A stretch of 64,000 bases of DNA, from contig OZ037765.1 in NCBI GenBank assembly GCA_964035545.1, forward strand, positions 9,558,698-9,622,697. The letters run 5' to 3'. Positions 12,998-27,349 of this stretch are shown here, piece after piece. Position numbers and translations under genes: made by a program. This stretch comes from Bugula neritina (Eukaryota > Animalia > Bryozoa). Below the pieces are notes generated by a model that had not been told where the DNA came from, did no database searches, and was given only the letters and a program-made list of their open reading frames with translations. The first letter of the stretch is position 1. Every line of letters begins with the position of its first letter.

Positions 12998-15900
12998 TTA
13001 ATATCTTTCTAACTTCATATAGAAAGCGTGAGGTGATTGCTTGGAGTCAATTGGGTGATATTTATCATAAAAGTTCCTGATAATTTCAACAACTTTGAAG
13101 CCAAATTTTAGATACAACCCAATTGCTGGGTTGGTCATAGAAACATGCAGCGTAACATCTTTTCCCATGCAAGTCTACAAATAATAACATGGTACTCACC
13201 TACAATGCATTAAATTTATACCAAACTATAGATTATTCATTAACAATTTCTGGTTTAAAACAAAATTGTACTTTACAATGGCATAAAATGGAACTGACAA
13301 TGGACATTCTCAAGTTCTGAACAATTGAATTAATTTGAGCATTGCATGTCTTCAATAAGCCTATTTTCTATAGCCTTACCAACATGCCATATTATAGAGT
13401 ATAAGACACTACGCACAACCTGCTGGAACACGACACTTGAGAAAAGCTTATTTTTGACAGAAAGATGATTCAGTATCACTATACCTGAATAAGGTGATAC
13501 ACCATGACTTTAGCTATGCCAGCACCTCGCCATTCTGGATGTGTATATATGAATGATATATAGGCTTCGTTATGACTTACATCGGGCACCATAAATGCAA
13601 AACCAATAACCAATCTTTTGTACATAGCAACACAACTGAAGTCTGGGTACTGCAGACATTCGGATACTAAAATCATCACACAACACCTCAACAATAGATG
13701 ACAGTCCAAAATACAAATTTTACATATTCCTGATTATATAAAGTTATTCTACCCGTGATATTTAATTTTTTTCTGCTAACAAATGGAACCATGTGAAATT
13801 ATATAAATTGAGGAGACTTACAGTCTATGGAAGGCCAGAATGCCCTGTGACACATTCTGTTAATGACAGGAATATGCTGAGCTGTAACATACTTATAGTC
13901 AATACTGTCTTCATCCACATCCTGGGGAAGATCATCTGGCTTACGGTGTTTTCTGTAATGACAGCATTCTTTTCCATAGAGAGAGAAGTTTGCAAAACTT
14001 GTACATACATGAGTTAAACTAAGCTGAAGGTAGAGAAAGAAAGCAATTTATTTGCTTAGCTATAAACTTATGAGTCATTCTACAGTCATAATTTATCAGA
14101 ATGCTTTTAGTAACAGAAGAAATATAAAAAAATTAAACACGTTTGGCTAGTAAGTTTCATGTGTATAAAATGCAAAATTAATCATTTACCGTTTTACAAT
14201 AATTGAACTTATAGGGTGCATGAACAAATTAAAGAGTTATCTTTCCATGTTAAACATCAATTATCTTATTAACTTAGTCCCTTAAAGTTTCAATTTTAGC
14301 AGTGAGCATAATTTTACAAAGTAAAACTAGAGAGAAAATACAAGTGTTGCCATTCACAGAAAAGCTCAACAGCAAACAGCTAGGTATTTGTGTCTAAGGA
14401 TAGTTTCATATTCAATAGTCTTTATATTTTTCATTAGAATTTTAAGTGAATATTAACTATTCCTGGCATTGAATTCTAATTAGCAGCACACAAAAATTAA
14501 TATCGGAGAATGTGAATTTTCCATGTAACTAGCTTGAATCAATTTTTTTTCTCAAGTGACTTTCAAAGAAGCAAATTTGCTTTGTACAATTGGTTTACTT
14601 AATAAATATCATGTACATTGTGTTTGTATTGACTCATTTTAATAGACCTGTGTATATATAACCAATAAAAAAAACTATTGCAAATCATAAAAAGATAAAT
14701 TCCTCAATTTATCCAATACACTAACTATTTAAAGATGTCTCCAGTGTAGAAATTTTCTCACCTTATAGCATCTAATATTTTTAACTTGAGTGGCTTAGTC
14801 TCCTTGTCTCGCCAGATATAGGGTTTTAAAATTCTGTAAGATGTGAACAATGTTTAAAGTAACTCATCAAAAAATTCATCACCAAAACTTTTATTGAAAC
14901 TGAACAAGTAGATGGATGTATAAATATTTAGTTAAATAAACCTCTCTGTGTATGAGCTTCTAATAGTTCGGAACTGCTGGCCACAACCATGGAGCTTGCT
15001 GATGAATGTAGGAATTGAGTCCGTGTCAGGCTGTGAATGTTGACTCTAGAAAGTAGATTACGCTGGTTGAGGAAAGAAGACAACTTCAATAAATTATAAT
15101 AATATAGGGCTGCTCTATCATCTGTAGCAATAACTATAGTAAAATACCTGAAATCTGTCTAATACAGAGGTGTGTAGATTTGCTGAGGATTCAACTAAAG
15201 GTGCAGAAGCAGCCATCACTTCATCATTATGATTCACTTCTGAAAGTAATTTCTTTTTCGATAAGCAGCTGCTTATATCAAATAGCTGAATTCCTAATGA
15301 TCGTTTAACCTACAAGTACATAGGTGAATTTAAATTGGCAGAATTGCTATCAGATTAAACACTTTGATTAAAATGTCAAGGCAATATATTTTATTAACAA
15401 CAAAAACCAATAAATTCAGATTACACACCCAACAACAAGAGAATTACTAACTAAGATTTAGGTGCTAGTAGTACTAGAAGAAGTACTGATAGCAGTACCT
15501 TACGAACATGGAGCATCCGCTTCAGTAGTTTGACTTGGGAAGACACATGGGCTTTGTCATTGGATGATATGTGGTCACTGAGTGCTAAAAGCAACTTGTT
15601 TTCCTCATATGCTGTCCAAAATCGGACACTATAGTAAAATAAATATATACATTAGGAAGAAGTTTACATGCATCACGCTTGTGTACATAACTCAAAAACA
15701 AATAAAATTAACAAATATTTCACGCTCAAGCAAATACATTAAAAAACAGTGTTTTTGAATAAAATGACAGCCAAAAGTTTTAGGCTACAAGAAGTTTTTA
15801 CATAGCCAGTCACACATGTGGCCAATTAGCACACCATTTGATATCTATACTTTCACAAATTTAAATATTATAATTTCTATAATTTGCTTTCAATTTATAA

Positions 15901-18900
15901 AAACTTATGCCAAAGCTAAAGCTAGTGTAATAATAAAATGGATAAATTTGACAACAGCCAGAAAGAGTGAAAATGGAGTACCTAGATTGCACGGGCATAT
16001 AAGAGTCATGTATTTCATTAGAAGAATCTGTCTTTTTGCTTTCCACCATTTCATTAGTCGTACTTTTGTTTGCTACGAATTCATTTTGAGAATCAGGTTC
16101 GTTCTCTGCAAATTGTTTTACAGTCGAGTGTTGTTTATCAGAATTATCTCTGAAAGCAGACCCTTCCCCTGCATCGACTTTTGCATTTAGAGTTTCAGGA
16201 ACCTTGGCTAGACTTTCTTCGAATGCAATAAAAATATTCATACAAAAAAACTAATGTAAAATAATAATAATCTATTGTAATACAAACAAAAAACAGTCAC
16301 AGCAAAACGAACATAAATGCTGCCAATTTTAAATACCCTGGCAAATATATTTTGAATTCTACTCACCAGTATGTATTGAGGTTAGATTTGTAGACAATGC
16401 ATTGCTGGGTTCACACTTCATATCCGTATTTGAGTTGGAAGGTGATATAACAAGCTCATTATAAAGAGCAGAGGTATCAATGTCAATGCCTGAGTTCACA
16501 TCAGCTATGGAAGAGCTCGACTGGTCCGGGTCATATTCAGAAGACAACTCCTGCTTAATGTTATCAAGATGATTCAACATCTCACAAGTGTCGTTATCCA
16601 ATGCTTCGGTTTTTATTTTATTAATAAACTCGAAATCAGAATCCAGTTCTGTGTGCGGCAACTCTGGAGCTGGTGATTTAACTTCTGCCTCTGGAATAGT
16701 GTCCACATCTATTTCCATGTTATCTGGTAGCTCATTGCAGCTGCTCACGTTCAACACACTCGGTGAAGAAGGCACCACAACAGAAGGCTTTCTTGTCTTT
16801 TTGCTTGCCAACTGTGAATACTCCGTGACAAAATCCTACAGATTAATTATAATCCTATGTAAATATTACACAACAGCTGTTGTTGCTGTAATTTATGACA
16901 GCGAAAATGGAAAACCTTTTCTCTGATCTGTTAGTTTGTTCAAATTTTTTAACAATAATTTTTTGAAATAGCTTGCACACATAAAATGTGGCAAAGACAA
17001 ATACGAGCATTGTACAGTCTGTGATATTTAAGACCATCCTACAGATATTTTGATAAAAAACTCAACTGCATAAAAGTTATAATTAAACATTCAAACATAA
17101 ACAGCAAAATGCAAATACTATTTGAAAGCATTTGAAAAAAAGACAGATGATGAAGGAAAGAATTGTCAATAGCCCCAAGCCAAAATTTTGCTATTTTTTT
17201 TTTGGTATTTTAAAATCATATTTTTAAAATATAACAATATATTTTTCAAGAAAGCATAAACGCTGAATAACATACTATATAATGTATGTATTCATTAGAA
17301 AAATAGTTTTATACACAGTTTGAAAACCTAAATTAGAAAACCTTTTGATCTTTATATTACATATCATGAGCCATAACTCATGTATATGAGTCATAAATAG
17401 ACGTAGACCTTTTACATACATCTGAAATTCTCTTCTTCTTACGAGCCGACCTGGTCTGACGCTGTTTTCTAGAATCGGCGGTAATCTCTGTCAGCTTGCT
17501 GCTGTTGGCTAGCTTGGAGCCATAAGTGGCATAAGCTTCAAGTAAATCATAATAAACATACAAAGTTTTCCAGTAAAGACATAACTTTATGACCTTTATG
17601 AGATCTAGTAGAGGAACAATGTATATTATACCGAGTAATGCGCAAGTAAGCATGTATTGACATTGCACTAAACACCCACTATTTGGTATGCGAGTAAACT
17701 GGAACCAAATAATCCACCTGCTGCCATGTGCCAGTGTCATTCAACACAAAGTACAAACTAAATAAATAAGACTGTACTAATCTACATTTAAATAAAATGA
17801 AATATCACTGTTGCCGTTTTGCTAACTTTACACAATATGTGTAAAGCTGCTCTAGTAAGATTATAAATTTAGCAGCATTTTTAAATATTTTGCAACATAG
17901 CTTAATGTTTTTATCTCGTATTTTTATTGACGATTAAAGAAAAGGCATCAAGGAATAAAGTTATTGACTGCATTAAACAACACACAGACACCATGCATAC
18001 TTGAATTACAACAACATTAAAAGTTGTAACATTTACATAAAGTCCCACATCAAACTTACTCTTGGAGAGAAATGGCGGGGAATTGACATCAAGCTTCCAA
18101 AAACCGCTTTCACCAAGTACACGTGAGCCAGATATAAAATGGGACCCGCTATATGAAGAACATGCTGATGCAATGTTAATTGCTGCTACATTTCCTCTGA
18201 AAACAAACATATAATAAGTTAACTATAAAATTTTATGTGAAGCATGTTCAGCAAGACAACAATGTAAAAATAAATTTTTATACATACGTAAATAATGAAA
18301 ACAAGTTTATACGTACGTAGATGATGGTAACAAGTGAGAGCGATGGGAGAGAAACAACTTGTAGATATCATTTTTATAATGAAAATATCCTCCTCTACCT
18401 TCTTCAGATGTCTGAAGGTTGTGCAAAAGCAGTGTAACAACATATACCCTGCATAAGAAGTAAAGAAACAACATAATTGCAGGTTTGTTGTACCAGTAAA
18501 AATGTAACAAAGCACTTTACTCTCACAATCTATAGCCCTAGAAATGATAAAAAAAATGCAAATTAAATAGCCTCAAATATAAATACAGCCCAGAAATTTA
18601 AGACCAAAATTAAGTTTTAAAGTGATTGCTAACTAAAGAAAATATTCTAATGATGTCAATAATATTGCAAAAATTGAACATGTAGTTATACAAATTGTAC
18701 CTTGCACAACTGAACAAAACGAAAGACTTTCAATTTACCTATTTAATAAAAGTTAGCAATAGTTGACAAAATAAATAAATAGATAAGTAAACAAATTGTA
18801 AGCTCACTGTTGTGCTGTTGCAGCTTTTACAACCACCATATACTGCACAAGATACTATTTTTACAAGGATCAGTGTTGGTGCCTGCAGTCATCCACTACA

Positions 18901-19376
18901 TTTAGTATAAAGTAAACAAAGTTTGTAACATTGGCTTACATTTTTAGTTTCTTGGGTCGAACATAATCTTCCTCAGTTTTTCCTGTACATTTGATGCAGG
19001 TAAATTCGTAAAGGAAATCATTAATTAAGGTGCTGGGTGTTGGAGACTTTAGGCATTCTATAGAAAAATAAATTGACAGAATTGGAAAATTTAGATAAAT
19101 TTTATGGCTTTGAATACCAAAACAATTGAGTATAATCTGGAAAAAGTGTTTAATGGCAAATAATGCTCAATTCTATTGTAAAAACGACGCAACAGACATT
19201 GTTCAGGATGTAACTGTAGGAAAAGACTGCTTACTAATGTGAATTTTTGAGCAGCAGATGCAGCAATTTAAAGTTTCGTTTTCCCATAGACATTTTAAAT
19301 TGCTGGCATCATAAATTGGATTAGAATTGTCTTCACAGTAGCAGTTTCCAGTTTTAGAATCACCAACTTCTGTCAT
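12998..19376 (-). CDS. KAT14: Lysine acetyltransferase 14 / cysteine-rich protein 2-binding protein (ATAC2)
   Basis: 14 in-frame GT-AG exons: 19376-19235, 19057-18940, 18448-18317, 18196-18060, 17535-17420, 16835-16367, 16216-15982, 15628-15499, 15309-15148, 15045-14942, 14833-14762, 13952-13822, 13666-13485, 13174-12998. N-terminal Cys-rich region, GYFHYKNDI, GESGFWKL, ILKPYIWRD, and GNAT domain FWPSIDLSECLQYPDFSCVAMYKRLVIGFAFMVPDV..HPEWRGAGIAKVMVYHLIQTCMGKDVTLHVS..FYDKY. Confidence 0.95.
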
Positions 19377-20149
19377 ATCTAAAAAAAAGTTAAGATCATT
19401 TAAAAAGTTCTGACTTGGCAAAATTAAATGCAATTACCATACTGTTGAGTATAAATTCAAGATCAAAGAAAAATGTAGTTTAGAAAAAAGGCCTCTTTAA
19501 AATTACGCTCTGGACAGCTTTTGTCCTTCCCCAACATTTATCTACCTTTCATACATATGGCCTATATTTGTTCGATCAATACATTTAACCTACCCTGATC
19601 ACAATGATATAACTGTTACGCATTGCAACTACCATTACATGTAGCTCAACAGTACGGAATAAGCAAAGCTATTAATAAATTATTTATTACTGATATAATG
19701 GCATCCCACCTACGCTTATTTATGCAATTAGTGTACACCATATGTGCTGGTGATTGATATTGAAAAGAAGAAATACTACTAACTAGAATGTATTCTATGA
19801 GAGCTGATTGTCATCAAGCATTGACTGTTGATTGCAGATTCAAAACTAAAAAACAAGGAAAAGAGGAAGAGAATTACAGAGAGAATAAAAACAAGAGAGA
19901 AAAATTTGAGTAGGAATAGAAGGTCTTCACAAAATTTATATGAAAACCTAGAAAACGATAGAGCATTTTAAATTTATATGTTCGCCAAAATAAAACAACT
20001 ATTAGACATTTATAACCAATTAAACAATATTTGTGAAGGATGGGAATGAAATAACATTGCCGGCAATACCAAGAATAGGTAGAAAAATTAGGTTGATTAA
20101 CTGCTAACTACATAGAAAAACACAGTTGAATAATGAACAAAACAGAAGG

Positions 20150-21950
20150 AGGCCAATAGTGATGGTGATGGCAACAATAATAATAATAGTATTAATGAAA
20201 TAAATCAAACCTGAATAGTTTAAAATGTGAGAAAAATCATGAGAATTTGAAAAACTGAGATAGAAAAAACGTGATAAAACTATTGGAAAAATATCAATAT
20301 CAATATTACTATGATTATGATATTGATAATCATGATTATTAATGAGTGATGACAGTTACAATATCAATATGAATATAATTTAAATTATCATTATTATTAT
20401 ATCGTATATGAATATCAAGTGTTTTTTATTTTACACTATTAGTATCACTATGAGTATCAGTAGGCTATGAGTTTGAGTAATATTAATACTAATAGTAATA
20501 ACTATAAGTCCTAGTAATAACATTAACTGATTCTTATTCTAATACCAACAGTAATACTAATAGTAATAGTAACTGTAATACTAATAGTAATACCAATAGT
20601 ATTACTAATAGTTATATATAATTATAAATATATGGCTATAGTTATACTTATACTTATAGTTATAATTATAGTTATACTTATACTATAGTTAATGTTATAG
20701 TACTAAGAGTAAGTATTAGTATGACTAATCACTAAAAGTAAAAGATCTGCCAGAAATTTTAGTTATACAACTACAAGTTTATAGAAAATAATTTTTCAAA
20801 TCTTTATCCTTAGCAACGACATCAAGTTATTAAACTGTAAAGCTAATATTAAAAATCTAATACTAGTACAGAGTACTGCAAATGAATTAAAATAAGTAAA
20901 ATTAAATGCAATGCTTTAAGTTTATGCTAGAATATAGAGAAGTCGCGTTTTGGAATTAGCGGAAATGTGTAATCAACGCACGAAACCAATACGCTAAATA
21001 TTATAGCCTAAGAGCTAGCAAAGTGACCAAAGCACTGAAATGGAATAATATATGTATCGTGGACCGGAGCAATGTCATTACTATATATAACCAGCGCGAT
21101 ATTATTCTTCATCGAGTTTGATATGGAACGCGACTTTGAATTCATTCAAATTACTTATGACTGAATTGGAGAAAAACAGATCGCATTTACATTGACATTG
21201 ATTGTTATTGTACTGTGCAAAGCCATTAAGTAATCATCATGATTGATAGTCATGTACCATTACTATTAGATGCCCGGTGTGGTATAACTACAACTAATAC
21301 TAAAAGTAAAAGTTTAACTTAATTAATTTTATTTTATTTTTCAAGTCCTCTAAGTCTATATTTTACTTTTACTTTTAGTTTTACTTAGAATCATGATGAT
21401 ATTGAATTTGATTTATTTCATTCAGTTTCATTGTCATTGGTACTGTGATCTTTTTAAATAGAGAAAAAGTTCCATCCGTTCCTACTTCCTAGGCATGAAA
21501 CTGAAAGTTGAAAGTGAAACTAAGTGAATAGAGTATCAGTATAGACCACTGAACTGAAACTTTTAATAGTTCTATTCTAGTTCAATGGTATAGACCCTCT
21601 TGGCTCTTAGTTTTACTCTTAGTCTTAGCTCCTTAGCTTCTAGTCTTACTCTTGAATTAAAAGTTAGTCTTACTTTTGCCTTTGGTCTTTTACTTTACTT
21701 TTAGTTTGTTTTTCACCCCTTTAAGTTTATTTTTAGTCCATGACTATAGTAGAGATTATAGAGTTATAGGCATACCTACTGATACTCATACTCACAGTTT
21801 CAATATTTCAATAATTCAGTTCAATCAACTTCAATAAATGATCCACTAAAAGATAAAAGTAAAATGAAAGCATACAATTGTTATAGATCGAATCATTTAA
21901 GTCAACTTAAAATTATATTAAATAATTACATTTATAATAATATAATCAAA
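20150..21950. promoter_or_regulatory. Divergent KAT14/TMEM18 promoter region: small CpG-containing core (~20940-21190) flanked by 6-bp periodic domain 2
   Basis: Lies between head-to-head 5' ends. Core retains many CpGs, with GCGGAAAT (ETS-like) and AACCAAT (CCAAT). Flanks read agtatg agtatc.. attaat actaat agtaat; actaaa agtaaa agttta; agtttc attgtc attggt actgtg. Confidence 0.6.
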
Positions 21951-22281
21951 TTGGTTATAAATAATGTGTGATGGATACATATAAACTTTTTGTACTTGTT
22001 AATATCTATCCATAGCTGTGGAACTGTTGCTGAGTGTGTGAAATTTTCTTTTGATAATGGATACCTCTTCTATACTATTACCTAGCTTTTTTGTTGTAGT
22101 GTTGTAAGCTTTATTTCAATATTATCTCATAAAATATGACGGATTTTAATAATTCAGTTACACTAAAGAAAAACCAATATTTTTAACTATATTTTGAAAA
22201 TGAGTACAAGCTTGTAAATATGGCTACTATCCATGTATTGCTGAAGTTGAGTATTTTTTTATTAAGCAGTAAATATTAGAA

Positions 22282-24485
22282 ATGGAGGGTGTAGACATAA
22301 ATGTAGAAGATCCATTTAAAGACATTGATTTCGGCAGCCTCTACAGCCCTAGCAGAGGGGATCCAGTTACAGATTTTAGCAGCTACATTAAATCAGTAAG
22401 GTTATTATAACAATAACAATTTCATAAATAAATCGCTTTATAATTTCTATTGTTTGCAGTTAATGGAGTGGCTTATATTTTTTGAAGTTCAAGGAAACCA
22501 GCATTACAATTGAAGTATTCACACAAGTACAAATTTTTTGCCAAATCATGTTATTAATAAGATGAGAATTCTTATAAAAATTATAAAACTAAAGCATTTT
22601 TCTCTATATGTCAGGTACCCACCAAGTAAAATATTGATTTATCTACAATTAGTAAGCCTTGTACAGTGAATATCATACTTGTATAGCAGAGTAAGTTGCT
22701 AATACTCTACCTGTTATCTCCTTCAACAGATCAACTGGACAGAGCCATGGCTTATGGCACTCATGAGTTTTCATGGAGTCATGTTAATCATAATTCTAAT
22801 CTTAAGGAAAGCCATAACCGCGCAAGCTGTTTTGGGTTGTTTGATGCGTAAGTGTTTGTAATATATTGTTCAATGTTTTATATGATTGTTCAATAATGTG
22901 ATGTAAATAGTGAAATAAAATATATTAGTATAGGGTGCTAGCTTAAATGAAATAATTCAAGCAGTTATAGTAAAATTATATTTATGTGGTTACTTTATGG
23001 ATGTGTGATTTCTCATAATTATATTATGTTGAAACCAAATTTATTATATACGGGAAGTTGTTCTCTCTTTGTAATATGAAATCCTAATAAGTTTGTTAAA
23101 AGTCAGTTGAGTATCACTTGTTCAAAAGCAGAGTCTGTATTACTCATTGTCTGGATTACTCAATCTAATACCTTATTATATAGAGTTTGGTTTATAAATT
23201 ATATTTTTTATAAAGTTTTTGAGGAAATTGTTGGCTTTGCTTATCATTTTTGTTCTACAATTCTATTTTTAGTTGCTACTGTTTATGTAAGTGAGAATAT
23301 CAATGAGTTAGCTGCTAACCAATGGAGGTATGGAAAGTTTTACAAATGTTTGCATATAATATAATGTATTAATAATAGAATATTTTTTAAACATTTATTA
23401 GATTAGAATTTAAATTTAAATTGAATTGAGAATTTTATTAGTTTCTCATTACAGGTTTTAATTGTTTAAATTTTTGTTATGCCTCAGTTTTTCAGAATAG
23501 TTATTTTAATATTTACTTTGTAGGCTGTTTGCCAAGGAGCAGTATTTTGACAGTAAAGGATTATTCATCTCTACTGTGCTCTCAGCACCCATGCTATTCA
23601 ACTGTCTTATAATAGTGGTGAGTTTTTATCTCATATTGTCTGTTTACTGGTTTACTAGTTGAAATTAATATTAATGGAAAACATGCAGGTGAATTTTCAC
23701 ACTCTTTATGGGAATTTAATGTAAAAATTTTACTTTTAGTCTCTGTGTATAATTATTTGCCTACAAACCAAGTGTTTTTTTAATTTTTTCTGGATTTGTC
23801 TTCTCATTGCTATCTTTCAACATATAATAATATACTTTCAATTAAAAGTGCCAGTTTATGTTCATGACAATTATTTCAATATTCTCAGAAAAGGCTACCT
23901 ATGCTAATTAATCAACATTAATACAGTTAGAGTAATTTATCACCGATGAATGAATTTTCAAAATTAAAATTTTGAAGTCTATACATCTAATTTGATAGAA
24001 AATCAAGTTTTAATTTCCTGTCATTTGCATCCAAAAAATGTATGGTTGCTTTTTTTGTAAAACTGATATGTTTATCAAGTTGTCTCAAATGACTATTAAA
24101 TCCACATGGGTTGTCAATGCCAATTGGGGAGATTGTTCATCAAAATAGAGATTAAAGAACTTTTTTATCCTGCTTGTGACAGTAATATACTTTCTTCAAA
24201 TTTTCCAAAAATGTTTTGGCTTACCCCAATGGTATCCTGCATTTGACTCAAAGCTTGGGTCACTTTTCAATCCAACGTTAAAATAAATCATTTACCTTTT
24301 TATGAGCATTGAAATATTAGAAGAACACTCTTTAAATATATATTCAAATCTATTTTTAGATAAACTTTTTACTCTACAATTTCTACCTTCTTCTCGACGT
24401 TCAGTTAATGAAAAGCAGGCAAATTAGCAAAAAGTCTGCAGGCAGTAAGAACAAAGCATCTGTTGAACACAAGAAGTCTCAATGA
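22282..24485 (+). CDS. TMEM18: Transmembrane protein 18, 168 aa
   Basis: Exons 22282-22395, 22730-22847, 23273-23327, 23524-23617, 24360-24485 (507 nt). [58 protein letters not shown], basic C-terminus. Confidence 0.95.
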
Positions 24486-25308
24486 ATGGCTGCATACCTC
24501 AATACTTACCTGTTACTACACTGACTAACGTTATACTGTTCTTCATTAGTCTATTTATTACCTGTTTATTATAGCTATTACTATCAGTATAGGTCGTTGT
24601 TTACTACTACCTTCTTACTCAATCTTAATTCTATTTAGATCTACTGTACATATCTTGTAAAATCTAATGGTAATCAGAATAAAGTTTATGTATTTAGATG
24701 CTTTAGATTTGCTATAGCTTTTTACAATAGATAGAAAGCACCTTTCTACTTTGTATGAGATGGGGTAATTCCTTTTAATTCTTGAGAGGTAAAACTGAGT
24801 ATGCAATATATGAATGTATTTATAATGTTATGTTTAGGCTATACGTATAACTAAATCTATTTATTTTTTTCTTCACAGCATATAATTCCTGATGTATAAT
24901 TGGCATTTTGAATTATATAATCATTAAACTAAATTGTCCACCATTGCAGCTCTATTATATAACATATATCGTCTATAGTAGTTTTTATCCTCAATCTATA
25001 AGAATGTTTAATATATCATATAAGAATCTCTGCTTTTATAGTGATATTACTATAATTTATATTTGGAAAATGGGCATAATGATAACATGATTTGAGTTTT
25101 ACACACTTGACAAGGTAAACTAACAAATGCTAAACATTAAAAGTAATCTTTTTGGATTATTTAAAAAAGGCATATAAAGAGAGAATTTCCTTGTTGTCTA
25201 TTGTAAACATAAAAGTTAGCAGGTTGGCTGACTCTAAATTATGTAATATTTGCTAAGGGGTATATGATAATAGTTGTATGTAAGTATCTGTATTATAATT
25301 GCATCATT

Positions 25309-27349
25309 CTACTCAGCAGCTTCTTCAGTGCCAGCTGTAGATGCTCCAACATGTTGATAAGATGGCTTGTTTCTGTAACAAATTTTTGATGATATAAAAT
25401 GGTATATGCAAATATTTTTAAATTCTTATTTTAGCCAATTGAATGATAGAAGTTTTGCAACAAATACAAAATGTGCCAATACAAAGTGTGTCTATAAAAC
25501 TTTAGTTTGCATTGTTAAATAAAAAGGAAATATAATTTTCAAAAGTGCGATAAAAAATGTATAATAAATTGAATAAATTCTTACGTCATATCACTTTCTT
25601 TATTGCCAAACTGTCTACCAGTCTCAGTGCTCAAACACCCTGCTCCACTGCCAAATCCATAGCCTTTTGGTCCTAACTTCTTACCATAGCATACCCTGCA
25701 GTATACTTTCTCTTCTTTGGTGGAGTAGTTGGCTGTTGTGTTATCCAACATTTTTCCACAGAGCCCTAAAAATTTCATACCAGAAAATAACTCAATGTTT
25801 TATTATACTATGTTTACAAGCGGACAAGTTATTACGGAATTTTATTCTAAGATTTTTGAAGATAGCCCTTGCAGATTGCAGCTTTTGGTGACTAAAAAGA
25901 ATTAAATTACCCAGCTTTAGGGCGTTTAGGGATCTTAGTATTATAGAAAATATACAGGTACAGGTGCAACAATATAAAAAAAGCACAATTACAAGATAAT
26001 ATACTTATAAAGCATTTGGCATGAGCAAAATTTGTAGAATTTTGAAGACAGTTGTAGCGGCAGTGATTGCATATTACGGTAGGCAGCCTTAATGTAAATT
26101 GTAGCTTATGCATGCATTAATTATTATGAATGTTTTTGTAACAGGTAACCTTTACAAGCAATGTTGATGAATTATATGTAATAACAGGCAGGGAATGTTC
26201 ACTTTTAACTATAGTAACATAACTTGTATATTATAGCAGGATTCTTCAGCACTTAGTATATAATAACAACAATAAAATGAAATTGCAGGATATAGCAATT
26301 TCCAAACATCCACAAGACAAGATGTGCCAAACATGTCTAACAATACACTTCTATTTATCAATAATTATAAAATCCTAAGCTACACATAGTGCAATTATCT
26401 TTGTCAGAAATAATTATCACCATTTGCCCTGGTAAATGGTAGGTTATCCTTTATCTTGCAACAACAGCTTTACAGTTAATTTAACATTTCTCAGGGTAAG
26501 GTTAAAAGAGATAGATCTTTTGCTAAAAACGCTTGACGTAGTTTTGTGAGACTAGAAAGTTTTAATGAGGATATAATTATATGCAAAATAATCTGCAACT
26601 GTTTTTAATCATGACATACAAAAAAGTAACAATTTACTCACTCACTTGATAATGGTAAATGTTACAATAATTATACTCGTACCTACCTGATAACAAGAAT
26701 GAAATATTGATGTATTATATGAGTTATCCAATTAATATCTTGAGTTATAATATAAAATAACAACTTATCTTATGTGCATAAAAAGTTTAAAGAATTAACT
26801 GAGATAAAAGACAGTACAATTTCATACATACGTTGAAATACTGCAGTCTTGAAATTCCCAGTAGCCCCCATAATGCAATGGGTAGCACCCTGGCTTGCAA
26901 ATTGGAAGTCTGAGGTTCAATTCCCAGTGGGGTAAAGGTTTTTACCATTAATTTAAAAATAATTACTAAGCTTTGCAGCATGTAAACCGTTCAAAAGTTA
27001 CCAACTTTTAAATGGTTATATATTATACATCTACAATATAAATATCGTATTTGATAAGTTATAAGATAATATAGTGATTTAACTTAAGAGATGCAACACA
27101 ATGTTTTCAAGCCAAATTCATTAAGCACCATTGCTATTTCATACCTATAATTCACATTTTTACTCTAATTTTAATACTCCCAGGAACAAATTACATTTCA
27201 TCATTATACATATAAATAACAAAGTAGCACATACCACATTTGAAACAGAAGTTGTGCCATTTATGGCCGCCAGCTAAGCGTTCTTCTGCTGAATACACAC
27301 TTTTCCCACAACTCTTACATTTCTCTAACACAGGAGGTTTAAAAGGCAT
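25309..27349 (-). CDS. Single-LIM cysteine/glycine-rich muscle LIM protein (CRP/CSRP family, Mlp60A-like), 119 aa
   Basis: Exons 27349-27235, 25765-25585, 25372-25309 (360 nt). MPFKPPVLEKCKSCGKSVYSAEERLAGGHKWHNFCFKCG|LCGKMLD..YCRVCYGKKLGPKGYGFGSGAGCLSTETG. Probable non-coding first-exon donor (CAG|gtaagc) near 27928. Confidence 0.93.
26864..26934 (+). mobile_element. Degenerate tRNA-like sequence (tRNA-derived SINE head or tRNA pseudogene)
   Basis: gcccc..taatgcaatgggtagcacc (A-box-like)..cttgcaa loop..gaggttcaattccc (B-box-like)..ggggt; anticodon stem does not pair. Intronic. Confidence 0.55.

Noticed and set aside
15816-16926. Plus-strand ORFs 15816 and 16588 (and similar ORFs opposite the LIM and DEPDC1 exons)
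   Set aside because: Antisense shadows of long real exons.
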